A stretch of 63,928 bases of DNA, counting the filler, from Reticulomyxa filosa (taxonomy: Eukaryota > Protista > Foraminifera): NCBI GenBank assembly GCA_000512085.1. It is 19 parts of 19 records of this genome, joined end to end, with 100 filler letters (N's around TTAATTAATTAA, not from the genome) between each part and the next. Parts side by side here need not be neighbours in the genome. Positions count along the whole stretch, not along the records: positions 1 to 1,667 come from ASPP01036787.1; positions 1,768 to 6,396 come from ASPP01002156.1; positions 6,497 to 9,997 come from ASPP01018084.1; positions 10,098 to 11,202 come from ASPP01027573.1; positions 11,303 to 13,879 come from ASPP01015455.1; 14 more parts are not named here. One strand, written 5' to 3'. The position numbers were made by a program, and so were the translations under genes. Within the stretch, counting starts at the first letter, position 1, and each line of letters starts with the position of its first letter. The notes under the pieces are model-generated. The model worked only from the letters and a program-made list of their open reading frames with translations. It was not told the DNA's origin and did no database searches. Shown here piece by piece: positions 1 through 13,979 of the stretch.

Positions 1-1667
1 CAATCACAGCTGTAATTTCATCTTCAACTAATTGGTAATGTTCTTTTGTTGCTTCAGAATAACTTGGTGGTTTTGTGGAAGTTGATAAAACCACGATACC
101 AACATTTCAGCTTTTTCTTTATCTGTCTTTGCAATATCTCCTGTTGTTGATTCTACCAATGCAGGAATAACTGTGATCTTGTTCGAGTTCATCGATTTAA
201 ATTGAGAAAATAACTTTCTTGTATTTTCTTCTTTCAACGATTGAATACTCTTAATTAAATATTCTTGTTTTTCCTGCCTCAATTGCATTGCCTCTCTTTT
301 GTATTTCTTGTAATTTGTTTCGGTTCTGTTCTTCCTATTTCTTTTTCAGTCGGTGGACTTGCTTTCTTTTTCTATGAAGTTTTTTTTTTAGGAGATAGAA
401 TGTTGCTGTTAAATCATAAAGAAAAACAATGTGAACAAGCACCTCACCCAAAAATGAGTAACTCTTTCTTTGAATACAGTTACGTCTTTAGCCCGATCAT
501 AACAATCTGATGCTTGTAATGTATTTATAATCTTTGGAAATATATTCTTTTCAATGATAAGTATTTTATACATATCAATGATCGTATGAATGTCATTGTG
601 TTTCGTAAATGATCTTATTGCTGTATTTGGGTCCAAAATTTCATTTTTGTGTTGTTCTTTATTATTTATAATAGTCGCATATATGAATGTCTGTTTGCAA
701 TTTCTTTGAACGATAAACTGTTCTAATCTCATGACCTTCATTCTCCAATTCTGATTGAATATCAGTAATATCTTCTTTAGGACAAATTCCTTTTACAACA
801 ACTTTTTTCGTCTTGAATTCGCTATCTGACATATGACAAATGATGTGTTTGTCTGATACTGCTGTATTAATATCATTCACAGTGTCTTGAATTTTATCCA
901 CATTACTGTTTCTGTTAAGGCGTAACACTAATTTGTTAGCCTTTGTGATTGTGGACGTATACGTTATTTTCAATAATTGTTTATATGGTTTACCAATATT
1001 TTTTCGAAGATCTCGCGACAATTTGATTGAAGTTTTTTGATTTACGACAATGTTCGATGGATCTGCAAATATGAATACCACTGCAGAATGATGCGCATTC
1101 CAATCTCCACCAATTACAATAAAATCTTTGATTTCATTTTCAAATGCTCCCAAATTAAGGCATACAATTGCAGAAATAAGATTAATTCCATCTTCTTCTT
1201 GATGATATCTTGCAGCGATTTTTTGAATTTCTATAAAACTGCAGAACATTATCGACTTTCTTTCACCTGGAATGTTAATTTCAATCCAACACGATTCATA
1301 GCCTGATGTTTGGAATTTGTCTTGTTTGATTTCGAATATTCTTTGAGTTGAATGGAGATCTCAACGACATAAGATACCTGTTCTTCCTGTTTCACTCCAG
1401 AATTCATTGTAATTGATGTCTTGGTGTTCTTCTTGATGTCTCCGAGCGTGGATATTCTGCTCCAGCAGTTGGGCTTTTGAATAAAAGCAGCTGATGTTAT
1501 TTTGGAAAATAATCAATTCGTTCATTGATTATCTTCCACATTTGTGTTATCCTTTGATGGTACAAACGCTTGGACTATTAATGATAATTGATCCTTCAAT
1601 TGTTTGATTTCTTCCGATTGATCTTTGTTCTGTGTGTAAGAATATCTGCATCTATTGTTTGTTATTC
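1..1667 (-). mobile_element. Degenerate, rearranged non-LTR (LINE) retrotransposon
   Basis: An ORF1-like tail ends in a TGA overlapping the ATG at 1525. APE endonuclease pieces follow (MNELIIFQNNIS, ESCWIEI, FIVIGGDWNAHHSA), then a gag/ORF1-like stretch (KKVVVKGICPKEDITDIQSEL), then a pre-RT tether (IPALV...TDKEKAEMLVSWF). Multiple stops and frameshifts. Confidence 0.8.
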
Positions 1668-4600
1668 NNNNNNNNNNNNNNNNNNNNNNNNNNNNNNNNN
1701 NNNNNNNNNNNTTAATTAATTAANNNNNNNNNNNNNNNNNNNNNNNNNNNNNNNNNNNNNNNNNNNNTCAAACTTATTCAAAGTGTTACAGAAATAAATC
1801 AGGAATGAGTTTGATTTTATTTCGATACCCATATGTTTCACTCTCAAGTGATTCCTTTGTTATCTCCTATTTCTCCAAATTGAATTTTTTTTTTTTTTAT
1901 GAAACACCAACCCTTTTTTTTTTTGTGGTGTTAATTTATTCAACTATTGTATAGTTGGAGTTTTAATTAATTATTTTTTGATGAATGAAATGTTTCATTC
2001 GCTTTTGAATTTGGGTGTTAATAAACAATATGATGAAAAATCTTTGCTAAGATTTCGAATTTATTTATTTGATTAACTGTCACGTTCAAGCTCCTGCAAT
2101 CGGAGTGTGAAAATCAAAATCATTGATTAAACCAAGGATCAACAAATATTACTTGATGTAATCGGGCAGCGCATATACAAAGGAAAAATAATAATAACAA
2201 AACCCAACGAATCAACAAACTAAGAAAAGAGAACAAAAGCAATGTTCTGAGAGCCTTTTGTAAATCTCCAAAAGTGTGAGTTTTGAAAAGGCGCGTATGT
2301 GCATTTCAGTATAAGGGAGTAAAGAGAGAGGAGGTGCATGAAAAAAAGCAAAGAGACTTTGTTTTTGTTTCTACAAATGTTTTGAATATATTCTTTTGTA
2401 AAAAAAAATTATATTGCTTGTTTAGCGATTGTCCCATGATCGATAATATAAAAAGTAATAAATCCAATGTTTGATTGACCATCATATTGTCTTTTTTTTA
2501 TTCCCAATAAGCGCAAATCTCTTGCAAGGATTAAGTAAGAGATTAATACAATCAACGTAGAAAAAGGTATTGCTCAGAGGATAACCCATATTTCAAAAGA
2601 ATACTGTTTTCTCTTCACTTATTTGTAGCATAAGCTGCTGACCTTTTCCCATTAACGCTCTTGATTTTGTTTGTCTTCCTTTTCATTTGCTACACTTGAC
2701 GAGGGATGAGATTTTTTCAACATTTGCAATAGAAACACATGCAGCTAGTTTTTTTATTTTTTTTTTAGCTCGTTGGTGTCCCTGTTCTCTCTTTCAAAAC
2801 GCAGTGTTATTGAAATATTTGTTTTTAAATCCTAAAATCATCTTAATCTCAAAAAATTTAACATAAATATAAAATTCTCTTTTCTTTAAATAATAATATT
2901 TTTGGTTTGTATATTCTATTGTTTGATTCTGGTTTCGCTTGTTTTTTTTTCCAAAGATGCAACAATTAATAAATTGTTTCCGGACACACGTTTACTTACA
3001 ATAAATATATTATTTTTCGTTGAAAAATAATATATAATTTATTCTGAGTTTTTAAATATTCATTTGATTTGAAAAAAACATACTTTCATAATAATATTGG
3101 CAGCAATTATCAAAATAAATTTTCTAAAAAATTTGTCATGCAGATATTTCATGAAGATTGCCTGAATTTATTTTATTGTTTGCATATGCAAACAAAATTC
3201 TGTTCAAAACAAAAGAAAAAATAAACATGCTAAAATAAAAATAATTTTAAAAAGTGCGGTCAATGTGCTTATTTTCGAAATTAGTACAGTTATATATTAA
3301 TCAAGTTTTTTATACAATGAAATGTTGTCGCATCGCGTAATCTTCGTCTTTTTGATGTAGTGTTTATGTTAGAATAATTATATTAGATGATGAATACAAT
3401 GGATAATACAAAGAAAGTTATATATAGAAAAAATTGAACATCTCTATATGGATAATTTTACGGTATTATATCACTTCGTTTGAAAAAAAATGTTCGGACA
3501 TTAGCAAAACATTACAAATTTTTAAAAATGTTTTTGCACCTACTAACACTGCTTTGAGCAGTTATTTTTTTATAGTTATTACTTTTCTTCTTTTGATAGT
3601 GAACATACTATGACATATTGAAATTTTAAATGAAGCATTATCTTTTAAACCTTTCAGAAAAGTATGCGTATTACAAAAAGTTGAAGACTTTTGAAAGTAT
3701 TTTTTGTTTAGCCTTAATAACAAAATGACGAAAATTGATCATAATATCGTGTCAGCAGAAAAATGCTGACGATTCGAAAGAATATACGTCATAAAGGATT
3801 TTTTTCTATCTTTGCAAAAACTTTATTTGTTATTTAATGGTGTTATTCCCATTTTTTGAAATAAAGTATTTGGACATCAGTAAATATTTTGCACAATAGA
3901 CAGAGCTTCTTTTGATTTGAAAAATAACGAATATCATTTTTTTTTCTTTGTATGGCCCATTTGTTCATCTTCTTGCATAATTAAGCAATCATTGTCTCAA
4001 AAAAAGAAAAACAGGTAATTGAAATGGCGTAACAACTAAATTGCTACAAGATGTCATCGACATCTATTTGCATCATTTGTTGTGATGCGTTTCAGAGAAA
4101 TTATAACAATACTGTTGTTTTTCTTTAAAGGATATGATTTAGACTTGTCATTTTGTTGAAATGGAAATATAGCAAATAAATTTTGATAAATATGAGAATT
4201 TCTCAAAGATGCTTTGTTATTTTTATTTGCCAAAGCAGTCATTTTTTCAAACATGAAGAGGACTTGTTTTTTATTAATTCTCTCAGCAAACAGAGACAAG
4301 ACGTCGATCAGAAAGTAACTTCTTATTACATTATTCAATTTTACTTTTCTTTTGACAGTCAGTGGACGTGTTTTGCACAGCAAGGACATTTGTTTGGTCT
4401 TTTCTTTCGCTCTCCAGATGAAGAGCAAACAAATGACGTATACCTTTGCAATATTTAAAAAATTACAAATAAGTTTGCAAAATGATGGCAATGAATTCTA
4501 TGTTAGTTGTGTATCTTCGTTTATGTGCATAATTTTTGTAAGTACAACTCAGCATAACTGTTTGGTAATGTTTGTACTTGTAGAATCCTCGATATTATTG

Positions 4601-5391
4601 ACAATTTCAGCTTTTTTTATCGTAATGATTTTTTGAATTTATATGATATCAATAAACTATCATTTAATATATTCTCTTCATGATATAAGTTTTCTATTAC
4701 AGTGAAAGCAAAGGCTTACACTGTTTAAATTATACAAAAATTATCTTTTATATAGTGTTCAAAAATAAGTACATGAACAGCACTTTTTTAAAAATTTTTC
4801 AACAACTTTTTTTGTTTTGAACAAATTATCTTTTGATGCAAACATTTGATGATTACTACGAAATTTGAATATTTTTGATGCAAATAACAAAGAAGATAAG
4901 TCATTCCATGACATATTCCAAATAAATTTTTTGTAAATATTGCGTTTTAATAATTCACATTCTTTTTTTCAGATCACAAATGAATATGACATTCATTCGT
5001 ACATTAAATTTCTTTAAATGAACATATTAGTTCTTAGTTTTCTTCCTTTACTTTTGAGGCTCATTAGCACGAGTTTACTCTGGATATTTTTCTTCCATTT
5101 TTTTTTAGTCTTTCCCCGAACTTGATATTTTTTCTCTGATTTTAATAAAATTGGAGTATGTGGAGAGTTATTAGTTTTTTGTTGTTTACAAGTTCAGTAT
5201 TTCTGCAACTGATTGTAGAGAGTTATTTTGTAATGTATTTTGATGTGAAAATTGGATTTCAAAATAAAAAAGAGTCATGTTGCATGAGAGTTGTTCAATT
5301 TCTTCAATCTTGTTCACACAATGTGGAGGGGGAGAGACAACGTTAAGAAAAATCTCTCCTTTTTTTTTAAATTCATCCATAAACATTATAA

Positions 5392-6396
5392 ATGGCAAGT
5401 TGGAAAGTAAGGAATACCAGTGACTTTACCAACCTAAAACCTAATAATCGAAGAAGACGAGGCCGTAGATTACATGATACCTATGGATACTACGATGGGT
5501 TTGGAGAAAATGAAAATGCAGCTTTTTATAACAACGAAGCAAGGAATGAAAGCAGAACTTTCCATAGACAAACTTCGAATTTTCGTTACCGTCAGGTTCA
5601 GGACAGTGGATATTTTAATCACAAACAAAATCGTGATTATCGTATGTATCAACATCGAGAATGCAAATTCTATAGAGAGAATCGTTGCTCGAAATATTGT
5701 CGTAGTAATCACAGTTATGATAATGAAGATACTTTAGCTTGGAGGCAAGGCAGAAAAAAGTATTGGAGACGTCGAAACAAACTATATTCGGTAAACTGGA
5801 CAATATATATATATATATACATATATATAAATATATATAATATTTTTACTTTTTTAAAAAAATAGACAAGTCAAGAAGCAGATTTAATTGTAAAACATTG
5901 GGTTCGGTCTTCGACGATTAAAAGAGGATGGATTTATGAATTTAACAAAATAATTGCAAAATATGTTAAATAATATTCAGTGTCAATGTATTTCATATAA
6001 TCACATGTTGATATGTTAACATACTAACATAGGCCAAAGGTTTTAAATTATCGAGAATATTAAAAAAAGACTCTTATAATATTGACAAGCTAGTATTTTC
6101 GGCAGATGGTCGCAAGTTTTATTTGTTAACAGAAGATGGAACATTTGAAATATGGGACATTGCATTAGGTAAGAAAATTCGAACTTTCAACATAAGTAAT
6201 GAAATGCAAGATTTTATAGTATTTTCACCAGATGGAAGCACTTTTGTATCGAACACAAACAATGGAATGCAATCATGGAATATAGAGTCAGGAAAGAAAG
6301 TAATGCAATTTGAAGGGATTGTAACATTTGCTACGGAAATATAATTTTCTTCAGATGGTAGATATATTACTGCAATGTTATCTACTTGTGATATTG
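5392..6396 (+). CDS. WD40-repeat protein with Arg/Tyr-rich N-terminus and WxR-GWI box exon; 3' truncated, in-frame TAA (possible pseudogene)
   Basis: Exons 5392-5790, 5866-5964 and 6033 onward, joined by GT-AG introns in phase 0. WD repeats include LVFSADGRK..EIWD and FSPDGST..SWN. TAA at 6342-6344 interrupts TEI*FSSDGRY. Confidence 0.8.
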
Positions 6397-6544
6397 NNNN
6401 NNNNNNNNNNNNNNNNNNNNNNNNNNNNNNNNNNNNNNNNTTAATTAATTAANNNNNNNNNNNNNNNNNNNNNNNNNNNNNNNNNNNNNNNNNNNNTTTT
6501 TTTTTTTTTTTTGAAAAAAAAAAAAAAAAAAAAAAAAAGCACAA

Positions 6545-7348
6545 AACAATCTAGCCCAAGGTACCAATGCAACAAAATCTGGCACCCAATCATAGTACCG
6601 ACATAAAGACTCAAAAGCAAAAGGATCTTCCATTACTTTCGTACGCCATTCGGACAGATCTTCTTTTTCTTTTTGCTTGAATAGACTTTTGATTTGGACA
6701 AAATGAGGGATCGACAGGTTCACTGATGATTGCTGCTGCTGCACACTGTCAAGGTCCGACGCTGAACGAGCCAACAGTATCCCTGTTTCCTCATAAAACT
6801 CACGCAGTGCGCAAATCCGGTGCAGCAAGTCGTCATATACCATGTGCTTCAATATCGACGGAAAGCGATGTCCCACCAAATAATCAACAAATCTACTATC
6901 TGCAGCCATTGAAATTTTTCCTCCCTTTTCATTTTTTTTTTTTTTTTTTTTTGTTCATTGTTTTAATAGCAATAGAATTGATTGTAACACCAAAAAAAAA
7001 AAATTCAAAAAAGTTTTTGAACGGACCCTCCCCCCCCCCTCCTTCCTCCTCGCTCCTTTCATTTCTTCTTTAAACTTAACAGGAAATACTGTGGAACCAC
7101 CAAAATCAACTTGTCGACTCTTTGTCACCATGCAAATTTCGTGGCTGGCACTGTTTCTGTTTGAAATGGTTATGATTTATTCAAAGTACGTTGGGAGAGT
7201 TTTTTTAAAAAATCACGCCCAGATCAAGGGTTTCGCGTAACTGCTTCACCTTGACGAGCACAACAGCCGCAGAGCTCATCAAAGGAGCAGGCTGATAGGA
7301 CGAGGTCAATATTTGCTTGCTGGATAGATCTGTCAATCGTAAGCGCAT
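6545..7348 (-). CDS. Nudix hydrolase, NUDT19-like (acyl-CoA diphosphatase); multi-exon, 3' truncated
   Basis: SAAVVLVK, ICMVTKSRQVDFGGSTVFP, Nudix box RICALREFYEETGILL, and downstream EWRTKV...F..LC...PD..AL.PWAR, as in NUDT19. Confidence 0.85.
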
Positions 7349-8878
7349 TTTGTCGGCCTTGATTAGATTTATGCGAGGAACAAGCAAATACTTGTTGAAT
7401 TTTCAAAAAACGCGGTCGTGTAGTTTAATGACTACAACATCTTTTCTTTCAAGATTGCAAAATATTCTTTTCTTTGCATATAATAGAGTAACTTAGAAAA
7501 TAGATTCATTTTCAGCTAAGATAAACATAGTTATTGTGATTGGTTCAAAACAGTATATGGATAGCATAATATTTAAATATGTGGGATTTGCTAATAATCA
7601 CTTGACTGCACAAAGTGTAATAAGAAAATATTCTAAGCAGATAAATTTAAATAAAAATATGAATGTCAACAAAGACAAAAATATAAGAATAAAAGACAGA
7701 AAGTGCTAAGTAAGTTTTGTATAAAAGTTTTAAGAAAAGATATTTCAATGTGCACTTGAACATTGGCCATAAATAGTTGTAACACAAATCTTCATAGGAA
7801 GTGTGCATATGCAGCATCAAATGTAATGCGAAAGTTGTTAATAAATAAGTGCTCAGTAAAGAAAACAAAAATATTTAAATAATAAAGAAATGACTAACAC
7901 ACTGGAGTCAGTTATGACTCATGTATTACTACAGAATTGTAATAATAAGTGTTTCAAAATGTATTTTATTTTTTTTTACAATTTTTTGTCAATTGCAAAC
8001 ATTTTTATTCTTTTTTACAACATTACTATTTACTTTATTAATTTTGTAATTTTTTTTTAGCTCATTTTATTTTACATTTTTTTTTGAATTTAAGATGTTT
8101 GGATTATTACATTGCAATTTGTTTTGTTTATTTTTTTTGAAATGCTTTAATTTTTCGTGATAACTTTGCTTTGCGTTTTTCGTTATTGTTAACACTCTGA
8201 CTTGAAATTAAGTTTTTGTGTTGATGTCCTTTGTGGTCTATAAATATTCTATATATACCTCTTAATTATTGTTGTGGTTTTAAGTTTGCTAAGCTATTTA
8301 AAAAATCTAATTTATTAATTTTGCTATTATGATCTTCAATTATGAAATTCAATTTATTCATTTTTATTTTTTGAAATTTTACAATTTAACGTATACAACT
8401 TCATAGAAAACTCAAAAGCTTTTGCTTAAATTTAATTTCCAACAAACAAAATGAATAAATAAAAAAAATGACATTGATTAAGAAGATAACAAAAACAAGA
8501 AATGTTTTAGTGACAGTGAAAAGAAAAGTTTGTGCGATTGTATATACTTAGCAGCATGAAATTAAGATAATATACGGCATTATATCTTGAGTATATTGTC
8601 ATACATAGTCATCGAGCGCAAGCTTGAACATCTATATTGAACTTTCGTTTTTTATTGATCAAAGTGTTCATTTGTTGTTTTTTAAGTAAATTTATATTGT
8701 TGTTTGCGCTAATGTCTCGTAAATGTTTGTTCTTTTGTTTTTGTGATTTATGCGAAAGCTTTTGTCGATATTTCGCAAATCGAATTTGCGCACATAGTCA
8801 CAATAAAAATAAAATTCGTATAAAAGTCAACAATAAAACAAAAATTCTCTAAAAATCAACAAAAAAAAAATCAATATC

Positions 8879-9928
8879 ATGTCCAATAATATCATTTCAC
8901 TCGAAGAAGCAAATAGTCTGAAAAGTCAGTTGAAAGCCATATTTATTGCAGCCGACACAGATGGCAATCAAGACTTAGGTTAGAAACAAACGAAAAAAAA
9001 GTTGTTGAAAGTTCCAAAAGTGTTGAGGGGAGGGGGGGAGGAAAAAAAGTCAAATGCAAATGATAATAACATATGTATAACATGGTGTAAATAAATGACA
9101 AACATGGAGAACTTAGATTTTGTGGAATTTAAAGAAATGATGAAAAAGTTTCAGCCGAACATTTCGGATGCAAAATGTGAAAGTATCTTTGCACGAATGG
9201 ATAAAAATAAGAACGGGAGTATTCAATATCAAGAGATATTTGCGGATGACGACAGCAATAAATTTTTTCAATTTCTTTTTGTTGAGTTTTTTTTATTGTC
9301 ACATTGTTCCTTTTTTTTTTTTTTTTAAAAAAAAAGAAAATTGAAGGTATACATATAAATATGTATACACATATTTTTTTTTGTGAATGCATATGTGGAT
9401 GTGTTTATGTGTGTATTGTATGTATATATAAATGTTTGATGGTAATGGGGGGGGGGGAAAAAATATTAACAATGACGCGCAATGATGCAAGATCAGGATG
9501 GACTCGGTGTGATAGTGGAAGGATTTGAACCGGACCGAAATGAGCACTCGCGAGAGAAGAATAATGAGAATGGAATGACACTCGACGTGCCAAACGACAA
9601 CGACAACGACAACGACGACGAAGAAAACAATGGGGAGATATTGTCGAGTCATGACCCAACAATAGCGAACAATGAGTTGATGCGCGACAACATAATGACA
9701 CAGAAAGAAATGTTGAAACAGCAATTGTATAAGCTGTTCGAGGATGGAGACAAAGATAAGAACGATTTGATTGACAGACAAGAATTCAAGGACGTTATGA
9801 TACAACTCATGCCACAAACAAAAGAGCGAGACATTATGGATTTGTTCAGTACTTTTGATGTCGAAAACTGTGGTCAAATCGATTACAAAGAGCTACTTTA
9901 TCAAGACGCCTTTGATGATTTCATAAAT
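8879..9928 (+). CDS. Multi-EF-hand calcium-binding protein; 3' truncated
   Basis: EF loops DTDGNQDL|DFVEF (split by an intron), DKNKNGSIQYQE, DKDKNDLIDRQEF and DVENCGQIDYKE. Confidence 0.85.
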
Positions 9929-10249
9929 GTTTCGTCTTCAAAAGCGACTAAATAAATACATATTATATATATATATATATATATATAATATGTATTTNNN
10001 NNNNNNNNNNNNNNNNNNNNNNNNNNNNNNNNNNNNNNNNNTTAATTAATTAANNNNNNNNNNNNNNNNNNNNNNNNNNNNNNNNNNNNNNNNNNNNAAA
10101 TATATAAATATATATTTTTGTTTGAAGAAAAAAATCAATGACGTAACCGTGGACAAATACCAACATGTTTGTGTGTTTGTACATATATACATTGGTGACT
10201 AAATCAAATAGCAAAAGCAATGAAAAAAACAAAAACAAAGCAAACAAAC

Positions 10250-11170
10250 GATATGGTTATGAGAACAGAATTATTGCCATCAAAGACATTCTAATGGCGC
10301 TCAATTTCTTGCGAACAATGAAAGATTTGAAAGTGCGAGCACATGAAAACTCGCAAGTTCGTGAAATATTGAAATTCAGCAAGCCGACGTTCCTTTCGAT
10401 GCAAGAGCAGTTGCAACGAATTGCAAATGACCAAATTAGTACCATTCACGATACTTTATGCCAAGTGTCTGATTGGAAAAAAGATTTATTTGTTATTGGA
10501 TCAATCTATAAATGGTTTGATTTTTCATTCTGGACTACAAGCACAAAGACTATAGAGCACACCATTTTATATCTTTGTATATTTTTTTAAAATGTATATG
10601 TACATATATGTATATGAATATCTGTTTTTTTTTTGGAAAAAAAATAATAAAAACAAAATAATTAGTATAAGTAAGCTCCGAAGTACCATGATCATCCACA
10701 AGAATTGCAAAAGTTGATTTTAAGAACAAATTTGGTGGAGCAATGCCTGATTTTGGAGATACACGCATAATCCTGTTCTCCAAAATATTATTGACATGTT
10801 TGTGATTGCTTTTTTTTTCCATTTTTTTTAATTTCCTTGTTTGAATCGTTTCAATTGCTTATTGACACAGCCTTTATTTGACAGACTTGGAAACATTGCC
10901 CAATGGAAGATTCCAAATTCCAACAACAAATACAGCAGTTATCTGCTAAACTTTATTCATTCAAGGGATGTTATGACGCATTTTTGGAAAAAAAGTATGT
11001 GGAATTATCCAAAGTAAGAGAATTGGTCATGGTAATCAGTGAATTTAAAAAAATCAATGCAGCAGTCAATCTATTTGACGTTGTTGAAAAGAGCATTTCG
11101 AATTGTTATGAAATGTTATTTGTCGCTATTCATGGTGCAGAATCTGCTACTGGAAACTATTACTTGTCTC
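10250..11170 (+). CDS. Internal exons of a large uncharacterised helical protein
   Basis: Coding-like open segments at ~10250-10500, ~10672-10760 and ~10871-11170, separated by AT/homopolymer introns. No recognisable motif. Confidence 0.55.
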
Positions 11171-11349
11171 TGGTTAACAATCTATTTATCTCTTGACTTT
11201 TCNNNNNNNNNNNNNNNNNNNNNNNNNNNNNNNNNNNNNNNNNNNNTTAATTAATTAANNNNNNNNNNNNNNNNNNNNNNNNNNNNNNNNNNNNNNNNNN
11301 NNCATATATCATGATATCTCATTCTTTCTCAAAAAAAAAAAAAAAGCAA

Positions 11350-13741
11350 GGGAATATAAGAAGTGTTGAGTGCTCCAACCGTATTGGTGATAATAGAGGT
11401 GACTATTTCTGGTGTCAACAGTGCCGTAAATTGTTGGACGGCAATCTGGCGGTCAAAGTTTCCTTCAACTGTAGCAGCAATCCAATATGTCCATGTTTAT
11501 AATTCAGTAATGTATTGAGAACACTTCTTCCCCTTTCTTCCTCCTTTTCCCCTCTCTTTTTTGCCCTTTTCTGCCTCAAACATACTTTTGATTTGGCTCA
11601 TATGCAATGATCATATATATATATATATATATATGAACAAAAAAAAAAAAAAAAAACAAAAAAACTAAACAAGTGCAAGTTGCAATGGATCGTAACAATG
11701 TTTGAGACAGCCATTGGATGACGCAAGATTTGACCACATTGACTTGCAAGCCATTCAGTGGCTCCTTCACGATTACGACTTCGTCAAGTAACAGTAACAA
11801 CGCCCGCTCTACGTCTCTCACAACGACTCTAGATATTTGCAACATAATCGATTGGTTGTTTCGTTGATAGAGTGTGAGCACTCGCATTGGGAAAAAAAGC
11901 ACATAAACACCAAACTGCTGGATGCTTCCAAATTTGGTCACAACATCCCAATGTTCTTTCACGAACGGCACCAACAGAGACTCGAGTTTGTCCCACTCTA
12001 ACAACAAGGCCAAATCCACATCGAACACATTTAAACCAAAAAAAAAAAAAAAGATTGGATAGTGAATAGTGTCAAAACAAACAAACTGATATCAATGAAG
12101 TCGTATAAAGTCTTTCCCATTTTCAGTTTCTGGACAAACTCAATAAACTCTTGCTTCGATACGACCCCATTTTTGTCCGTGTCCATTTGCTGAACAAGCA
12201 GCTGACTGAACTCTTCCAAGTGTCTCGTCAGAGCTACGCTATTCAGGAAAAGAGTGGCATTTACGCCGGCCTTGTTCAAATAACTTGTTACCATTACACG
12301 CATCACGCCCTGCAATTGGCTCATCGATATCGATTCTTGTCCATCATCAAAGTGAACCCATGTGTCGCGAATTAGTTCATCCGTTATGTACTCGCTTTCA
12401 TAGAGATCAAACACAAACATGTTTTTATTACATACATTACGTATACATATACATATATATATATATATATTATATAGTGAGAATCCAACCTAAGCGCAAT
12501 GAAATTAATTTGAGTTTTTGTAACGACAGCGTCTGTCAATTGCTGTTGCAAGTTATCTTTGAAGGATTGTATCCAAGATACAAAAGCGACAAAATCCTGT
12601 CGAGACAATGACAACTTTGCAGAGTCCTCTTTCCACAATTGGGTCAAAAAATGCTCGACGATGACGTGAACAATTCCGAAAGAAAACAAGTCTTGTGCGT
12701 TTTCCAAACCGGGAATATTCCCCAATCGATTTACGTCAACGTGTCCTTCAATGTATTGTCCAACCATTCGTTCCAACATTTCCTTCACTTTGTCGCGACT
12801 CGTTATGCCTTTTCCCTCACTTGATACCAAGTTTGTATCACGCAGTTGAGTAAGCGTACATGTTATATGCATACATGTATATGTACGTATACATATACAC
12901 ACATGTGGCGTATACATAGAAACATACCGATCAAATTGACCCCACAACTGGTTAATCAAGTCAGGCGTTAGATAGGATCCAAATGGAGACCAGTCGATTA
13001 CTTTGATCATATCAATTTTCTATTTACAGAGAAAAGGAGGGGGGGGGGGAAGAAAAAAAAGTTTGTGTATTGAAATGAATCAAAGAAATGGAAGACATTA
13101 CCAATCCTATCAAATGCTGTTGCGTTTGTTCAAACTCTTCTTTAGTGATTTTTCCATCTGGAAGAAAGAAAAAGAGAAAATGACACACACACACACAGCA
13201 CAAATAAAATAGGGTGAGAAATACAAGGTTGAATGGACTGAGACATGAAGAGAAAAACCTTGATTAATGTCAAATTTGCTGAAAATTAGTTGTATGAATC
13301 GATCGAACAACTTTTGAACGCGTTCATCTTCGACCAAGTAACTCATGCCGACTCCATCGGCGTATCTTATCATTAGCTTTTCCAACATGTCTTTGACCAC
13401 CTTTTGATCAATCCAGCCTTGCTTGTTTTTATCAAACTCGAGCCATAAACGATTCAAAACGCCTTTGCCTAAATAGTCCTCAAACTCGCCAAAATTGAAC
13501 CACTTCATTTTCTCCGTCTTCATTCATTTGCATTTGTTCAACAATTACACGCATGTAATCGTACAAATTCATCACATGCACAAAAAAATAAATAAATAAA
13601 ACGAAACAACGTCTGAAATCCAGTCTGTCATGCTCATAAATTCTTGCTTTGATATCTTACCGTCTTTATTTGTATCAATTCTAGCCAAAACGGCGGGCAT
13701 AACGGATTTCATCACACTTTGAATAATTCCAAATTGGGCTG
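11350..13741 (-). CDS. Tandem EF-hand-module protein (internal fragment, many introns)
   Basis: EF loops DTNKDGKISKQEF, DKNKQGWIDQKV and DTDKNGVVSKQEF. Each module begins F..Y(L/I)...(L/I)..LW..FD. Confidence 0.8.
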
Positions 13742-13828
13742 TGTCAACAAAAAAAAAAATAAAAATAAAATAAAATAAAAGGAATACTGATATATTAAAA
13801 AGTTAGAGCGTGACATATATAAATGTAC

Positions 13829-13859
<31 letters not shown>

Positions 13860-13979
13860 TCTGTATTACAAAACAATACNNNNNNNNNNNNNNNNNNNNN
13901 NNNNNNNNNNNNNNNNNNNNNNNTTAATTAATTAANNNNNNNNNNNNNNNNNNNNNNNNNNNNNNNNNNNNNNNNNNNN

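Noticed and set aside
1712-1723. Recurring TTAATTAATTAA palindrome as a biological repeat or CRISPR-like array
   Set aside because: Always centred in exactly 44+44 Ns; an assembly linker.
1768-4700. Short ORFs and coding-like relics (e.g. 4054-4636)
   Set aside because: No coherent frame or motif; possibly decayed genes but not assignable.
6342-6344. Alternative genetic code (TAA or TGA as sense)
   Set aside because: Conserved genes terminate at TAA, TAG and TGA, and long conserved exons lack internal stops.
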